From a virus (taxonomy: Duplodnaviria > Caudoviricetes): a DNA stretch of 64,000 nucleotides. The notes under the pieces are model-generated. The model saw only the letters and a list, made by a program, of their open reading frames with translations. It had not been told where the DNA came from and did not search any database. This document shows, piece by piece, positions 60,230 through 64,000 of the stretch. The DNA lies in the IMG/VR virus record IMGVR_UViG_3300027917_004314; one strand, written 5' to 3'. Both the position numbers and the translations under genes were made by a program. How positions within the stretch are numbered: position 1 is the first letter of the stretch; every line of letters starts with the position of its first letter.

Positions 60230-61048
60230 ATGACAAGCCTAAAGCGACAAGACGCTGATGAAATTATAGACGCAATGGCTAGGGCTCTTGGGGGTGATAT
60301 GTTCAAAGCGGCTTCGGTAGAGAAAGAAGCCCAAGGAATGAGCATAGAGCTATTGATGGCCCTTATGCATGAAGAATATAGGAAAGGCAAAGCGCAATAT
60401 GATTCTATGGATGAAGCGCAGGCAAGCAAGGCGGTATCTACCAAAGTGTGGAACGAGAATTTGGAAGATATTCAGGCACAAGAAAATAAAGAGCCTGGCT
60501 TTTTAGAGAGGGCTGCTGATCTGAGAGACAGCTATATGGTTCCAAAAAGAGCTGCCGATGATGGTGCTGCTGAACAACCTTGCGACGATTGCGACGAACA
60601 AATGGCACAAGACCAGCCAGAACGAGAAGCTCAGACTTCTCTAGCTATTGACTTTGCAATGGGTCATCTAGTGAAGATAGCTGATGCTCTTGATAACAAG
60701 GGTTTTGCCGGTGTGGCCAGCATTGTAGATGAAACAATCGAGAAATTAGCAAAAAAAAAAGTAAAAAAAAAGTATAAAACTTGGGAAGGAAAAGACGAGA
60801 AGTCGCCCAAAGGAGCAGAATATAAGGCTCCCAAGGAGTGGTTTGACAAAATGAAGGCAGATGTCAAAAAGAAGAATCCTGACTACTCTGCCAAAAGAAT
60901 TAGAGAGATTGTCGGAGATATTTGGGACAATGAGCTTAGCGAAAAGAAACGCAAATCTATCCTTAAAAAGTATGAAAAGGGTGGCAAGGAAAAGAAAGCT
61001 GAAGATGAAAGACCCGCTAAGCTTGCTAAATCCAAAGATCAAGACTAA
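60230..61048 (+). CDS. Hypothetical head-module protein with helical motif and basic C-domain
   Basis: GGAGG RBS; LVKIADALDNKGFAGVASIVDETIEKLA. Confidence 0.7.
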   Translation: MTSLKRQDADEIIDAMARALGGDMFKAASVEKEAQGMSIELLMALMHEEYRKGKAQYDSMDEAQASKAVSTKVWNENLEDIQAQENKEPGFLERAADLRDSYMVPKRAADDGAAEQPCDDCDEQMAQDQPEREAQTSLAIDFAMGHLVKIADALDNKGFAGVASIVDETIEKLAKKKVKKKYKTWEGKDEKSPKGAEYKAPKEWFDKMKADVKKKNPDYSAKRIREIVGDIWDNELSEKKRKSILKKYEKGGKEKKAEDERPAKLAKSKDQD

Positions 61049-61069
61049 TAACATAAAAGGGAGAACCGT

Positions 61070-61765
61070 ATGCTTCGAATTATACAAGCCGGAAATGCAC
61101 TCCCCTTCAGTTATCCAGTTGATAGTTCAAGTTCATTTCAACCCGGTCAGATAGCACAACTTAAGTTGGTAGGTCAAGACATTGTTGCCGGATTATCAGA
61201 TGGAACTGCTCCATTGGGAATTATCGACGATATCCGTACGACCGCATTTACTCAAACAGTAGTGGATGAGATTGTTGTTATACCTGGTGTTGATATCACT
61301 ACTGATGGGTATAACAATTTTTATAATGGAGCAGATTCTAAGCAAGAACTTAATAATGCTGGATTGATACAATCTAGTTTTGTTGCCGATTATGAAGGTT
61401 TAGTTCTTAATCCAACTAATGGTATTTTGACCCTTCCGGCTAACAGCTTGCTGAACTATGACAGTGATGGTGATAACTTAGAAGATAGTGTTAGAACTAT
61501 CGTTAACTATGTATATCAAGTACCTTCGCTGCCTGGCGATGATACAACAATTGGTAGTAATAGAATAACTGTTTGGTTTCAAAGAGGGATTTTTGCTACA
61601 GATCAGTTCGATTCGCTACAGCGATATCCATTAAATGCAACATTATTTGTAAGTTCAGAAGGAAAGTTAACTACAAGTCAGGCGACGGCGGACCATCCTG
61701 GTGTAGCTATAGTTACCGGTCCTCCAAGTGCAATAGAAGGTACGTTAGAATTTATGTGGTTATAA
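61070..61765 (+). CDS. Probable virion structural protein (head decoration/cement-like)
   Basis: Beta-rich, downstream of the scaffold; FQPGQIAQL...APLGIIDD and GIFATDQF...PGVAIVTGPP; function inferred from position. Confidence 0.5.
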   Translation: MLRIIQAGNALPFSYPVDSSSSFQPGQIAQLKLVGQDIVAGLSDGTAPLGIIDDIRTTAFTQTVVDEIVVIPGVDITTDGYNNFYNGADSKQELNNAGLIQSSFVADYEGLVLNPTNGILTLPANSLLNYDSDGDNLEDSVRTIVNYVYQVPSLPGDDTTIGSNRITVWFQRGIFATDQFDSLQRYPLNATLFVSSEGKLTTSQATADHPGVAIVTGPPSAIEGTLEFMWL

Positions 61766-61775
61766 TGGAGGCGTA

Positions 61776-62141
61776 ATGACTTTTTCAAAAGAGGATAAGG
61801 CTGCGTGGCTCAATAGCGAGGTTATGCAAGAGCTTGAAAAACTTGGTGAGAGCGTCCTTAATGGGCCACCTCCCGAGGCTTTCGAGCCGCTAGAGAATGT
61901 TGCAGCTGCTGAAACATGGGAAGACGAAGACTTGGAAGAAAAAATAACTGAAGCCGTTAAAGAATTTGAGCAGCCTGTAGTTCCAATTGAGAAAGAGTTT
62001 GTTGTTGCGTATAACAAGCGTCTTCTTGCAAACATAGAAAAGATTGCGTATCATCTATCAGACAAAAAAAACATTACGGCTGCATATAGAGTAGAACAAT
62101 CATTAAGACAACTTAAAGCTTTGTTGCGGGAGGAAAATTAA
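61776..62141 (+). CDS. Hypothetical protein with helical motif variant
   Basis: GGAGG RBS; IEKIAYHLSDKKNITAAYRVEQSL. Confidence 0.65.
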   Translation: MTFSKEDKAAWLNSEVMQELEKLGESVLNGPPPEAFEPLENVAAAETWEDEDLEEKITEAVKEFEQPVVPIEKEFVVAYNKRLLANIEKIAYHLSDKKNITAAYRVEQSLRQLKALLREEN

Positions 62142-64000
62142 ATGCGCAATTTAAATATAGGCGGATCTTGGGAGGAAGAGTTCTATAAGATAGCATCTGA
62201 GAAAGGATGGATCGTAAAAGAAGCTGTTGAGCCCGAGCCCGCAACAGCACAAGAAGAAGGTTTGGAGTTCGAGCCGACTGTGGTTAGTGTGCCTAGGGCT
62301 GGGAAAACTATTTGGGATTTGCAGCAGATTCTTCAAGTAACGGTACCTACCATGCCGCTTAGCAAAGAGGGGGGGCCGGATGGTAAGTGGGGTCCTATGA
62401 CAGCCAGAGCATGGAATGCGCTGGCTAGTCAAGTTAACGCCAAGAAGGGAGATTTGGTGTTGACGGATGTCAACCCAGATGGTAGCGAACTTCCGATTTT
62501 AGACCAAATGAGGTGGGTTATAGCAGGGATGCCAAGTGGCACTTCCGAAGATATAGTTAAGGAGCTTCAAGGTGCCGGTGCTGCTGCAAAGGTGGACGAT
62601 GATATGAAAACTACAGCCTTTATAGTTCAAGAACTGATTTCTTTAGCTGGCGACCTAGAAGAAATGGGAGAAGTCGAGGCCGCTGTAGCTGTCGATAAAC
62701 AAATATCCATTTATAAGGAAGCGCTGGATAAGTTGTATGATGTAACTGGTGAAACAGGAGAACAGCTTGTCGAGCAGGCTCATCCGGGCGGCGGCCCTAC
62801 TATTGTCCCGGCAAAGGAAGAGGGCGGCAAAGTCGAGACTATTGTAGAAGAACAGAAGAAAAGTATCGACAAGGCAACTAAGAAGCCTACTGGTAAATAT
62901 GCCCAACTGATGCTTAATCTAATTGCTACCGCCAATAGCCTTGAGGATGAGGGTAGGACAGAAGAAGCCCAAATGGTGGATCAAACATTACGAGAACTGT
63001 TAGAGACACCCCCTTTCGCGGGTAGGGGTACAGCTTCCGAGACGGCTGGCTCCGAGGATTCGAAAGTCTCGGGCTTAGAGAAAACAGCGTTTATACAAGA
63101 GGGCATTCCTAGCGATATTAAAGACTTTCTCGGTCACCTTCGAGAGGATAAAGGAAATGTTGATAGGTTATATTGGCCTGCAATGGATGGGGTTATAAAC
63201 AAGCTTTCTCCACACATTGCCATATTTGAAAGAGTCGAAAAGTTAGATTTTACTAAAGAAGCAAATGTTAAGAAAGCTCAAAGAGCGGCTGTATTGTTGT
63301 ATAAAACTTTATTGCAGGCGCTTGGACCGGTATATACCATTGCAGAAAATAACAGATTATTAAGTAGAGGTATGATTCTTAAAAAGAGATTTTATGATAT
63401 TTTTACCTCTTTGAAGGAATTGCTTAGCGGTGCCTCATATGCAGCTAAAGAATTTGGTCCGAAAAAAGCTCCAAAACCGGCTCCGGCTGTCGCCAAGAAG
63501 CCTGAGTCTCAAATCCTTAGAAATTATAGGTCTGCTTTGCGAAGAGTGCTTAAAGTAATGGAAAACCCTGATTATAAGCTTCTGAATATTCTTGGTAAGG
63601 GTGATAGAAAAGCTGGCAGGCGCAAAGCTTTTGAAATTGAGAATATAATAAAAACAGAACTAAAGAAACACTACGATAAAATCCAGGCTGGAGACAGACT
63701 CGATGCGCTTTATAACAAAACTATAAAGCCCCTACAGACCCATGGAATTATTATTGCCTCGGCAAAGGAAGAGCTTGTAAAGGAAGCTGATCTTGGAATT
63801 TCTATTGCACCCAAGGAAAAGCCATCAAAGAAAAGGCCCGCGAAAGGTAAAGCCGTAGAGATAGATCCATTGGTGAAGACGTTTCAACAGGCAGCGATGG
63901 CGCTACATGGGCCAAATGCAGTCGGACCAAAGAAAGATGATGGTAAGTGGGGGCCTAGCACGAAAGGTGCCTATGAAAAGGTGATGGCTGAACTTCGTAA
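62142..64000 (+). CDS. Partial ORF (open at the window end, absent from the track) with two peptidoglycan-binding-like motifs and two helical motif copies
   Basis: Translated by hand: MRNLNIGGSW...; DGKWGPMTARAW and DGKWGPSTKGAY; no stop to 64000; GGAGG RBS. Confidence 0.75.
   Translation, partial: MRNLNIGGSWEEEFYKIASEKGWIVKEAVEPEPATAQEEGLEFEPTVVSVPRAGKTIWDLQQILQVTVPTMPLSKEGGPDGKWGPMTARAWNALASQVNAKKGDLVLTDVNPDGSELPILDQMRWVIAGMPSGTSEDIVKELQGAGAAAKVDDDMKTTAFIVQELISLAGDLEEMGEVEAAVAVDKQISIYKEALDKLYDVTGETGEQLVEQAHPGGGPTIVPAKEEGGKVETIVEEQKKSIDKATKKPTGKYAQLMLNLIATANSLEDEGRTEEAQMVDQTLRELLETPPFAGRGTASETAGSEDSKVSGLEKTAFIQEGIPSDIKDFLGHLREDKGNVDRLYWPAMDGVINKLSPHIAIFERVEKLDFTKEANVKKAQRAAVLLYKTLLQALGPVYTIAENNRLLSRGMILKKRFYDIFTSLKELLSGASYAAKEFGPKKAPKPAPAVAKKPESQILRNYRSALRRVLKVMENPDYKLLNILGKGDRKAGRRKAFEIENIIKTELKKHYDKIQAGDRLDALYNKTIKPLQTHGIIIASAKEELVKEADLGISIAPKEKPSKKRPAKGKAVEIDPLVKTFQQAAMALHGPNAVGPKKDDGKWGPSTKGAYEKVMAELR

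Noticed and set aside
24320-60570. A-D-D motif (KADD, EADD, AADD) in several head proteins as a second cleavage signal
   Set aside because: Too short and expected by chance in these very acidic proteins; it cannot be supported without statistics
60751-60771. A10 and A9 runs as a frameshift site
   Set aside because: The ORF continues in frame through a Lys-rich segment into a coherent C-domain, and no downstream stimulator was seen
61070-61765. Major capsid protein call
   Set aside because: Too short (231 aa) with no recognisable HK97-fold motifs; the capsid gene probably lies beyond the window
1-64000. Alternative genetic code (stop-codon reassignment, seen in some large phages)
   Set aside because: Genes tile densely in code 11, and TAA, TAG and TGA all end genes just before the next start
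1-64000. CRISPR array or tRNA genes
   Set aside because: No regularly spaced nucleotide repeats or cloverleafs in the few intergenic gaps; the repeats found are protein-coding

Overview
This window is a segment of a large lytic dsDNA tailed bacteriophage (jumbo/huge-phage type), about 39% GC by eye. Every credible gene is on the + strand and reads in the standard code. The first module (1-23.9 kb) covers replication, recombination and expression: FtsK motor, stand-alone primase Zn finger, SbcD/SbcC, dNMP kinase, PD-(D/E)XK nuclease, sigma factor, trigger factor, DnaE, gp32-like SSB, RuvC, DnaJ, RecA and a Zn-finger-less DnaG. It closes with a terminator and an AT-rich regulatory gap. The second module (24.2-64 kb) covers head morphogenesis: terminase large subunit, portal, prohead protease fused to scaffold, a probable decoration protein and many acidic proteins. 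No major capsid gene, tail gene, tRNA or CRISPR array was recognised. The most striking system is in the head module. A 2718-aa polyprotein strings together all three LigD-type end-joining activities (ATP ligase, AEP polymerase, 3'-phosphoesterase), plus lysozyme-like, ASCH and DJ-1/PfpI domains and a paralog of a Zn-ribbon protein from the replication module. Several of its domain boundaries carry an F-x-L-S-K-R-A-like motif that also occurs in two other multidomain head-module proteins. A separate 24-residue helical motif recurs about 14 times in 11 head-module ORFs. The inference is a targeted, protease-processed virion cargo system that delivers a DNA-repair and host-takeover kit at infection. 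All calls come from motif recognition by eye; no database search was run.
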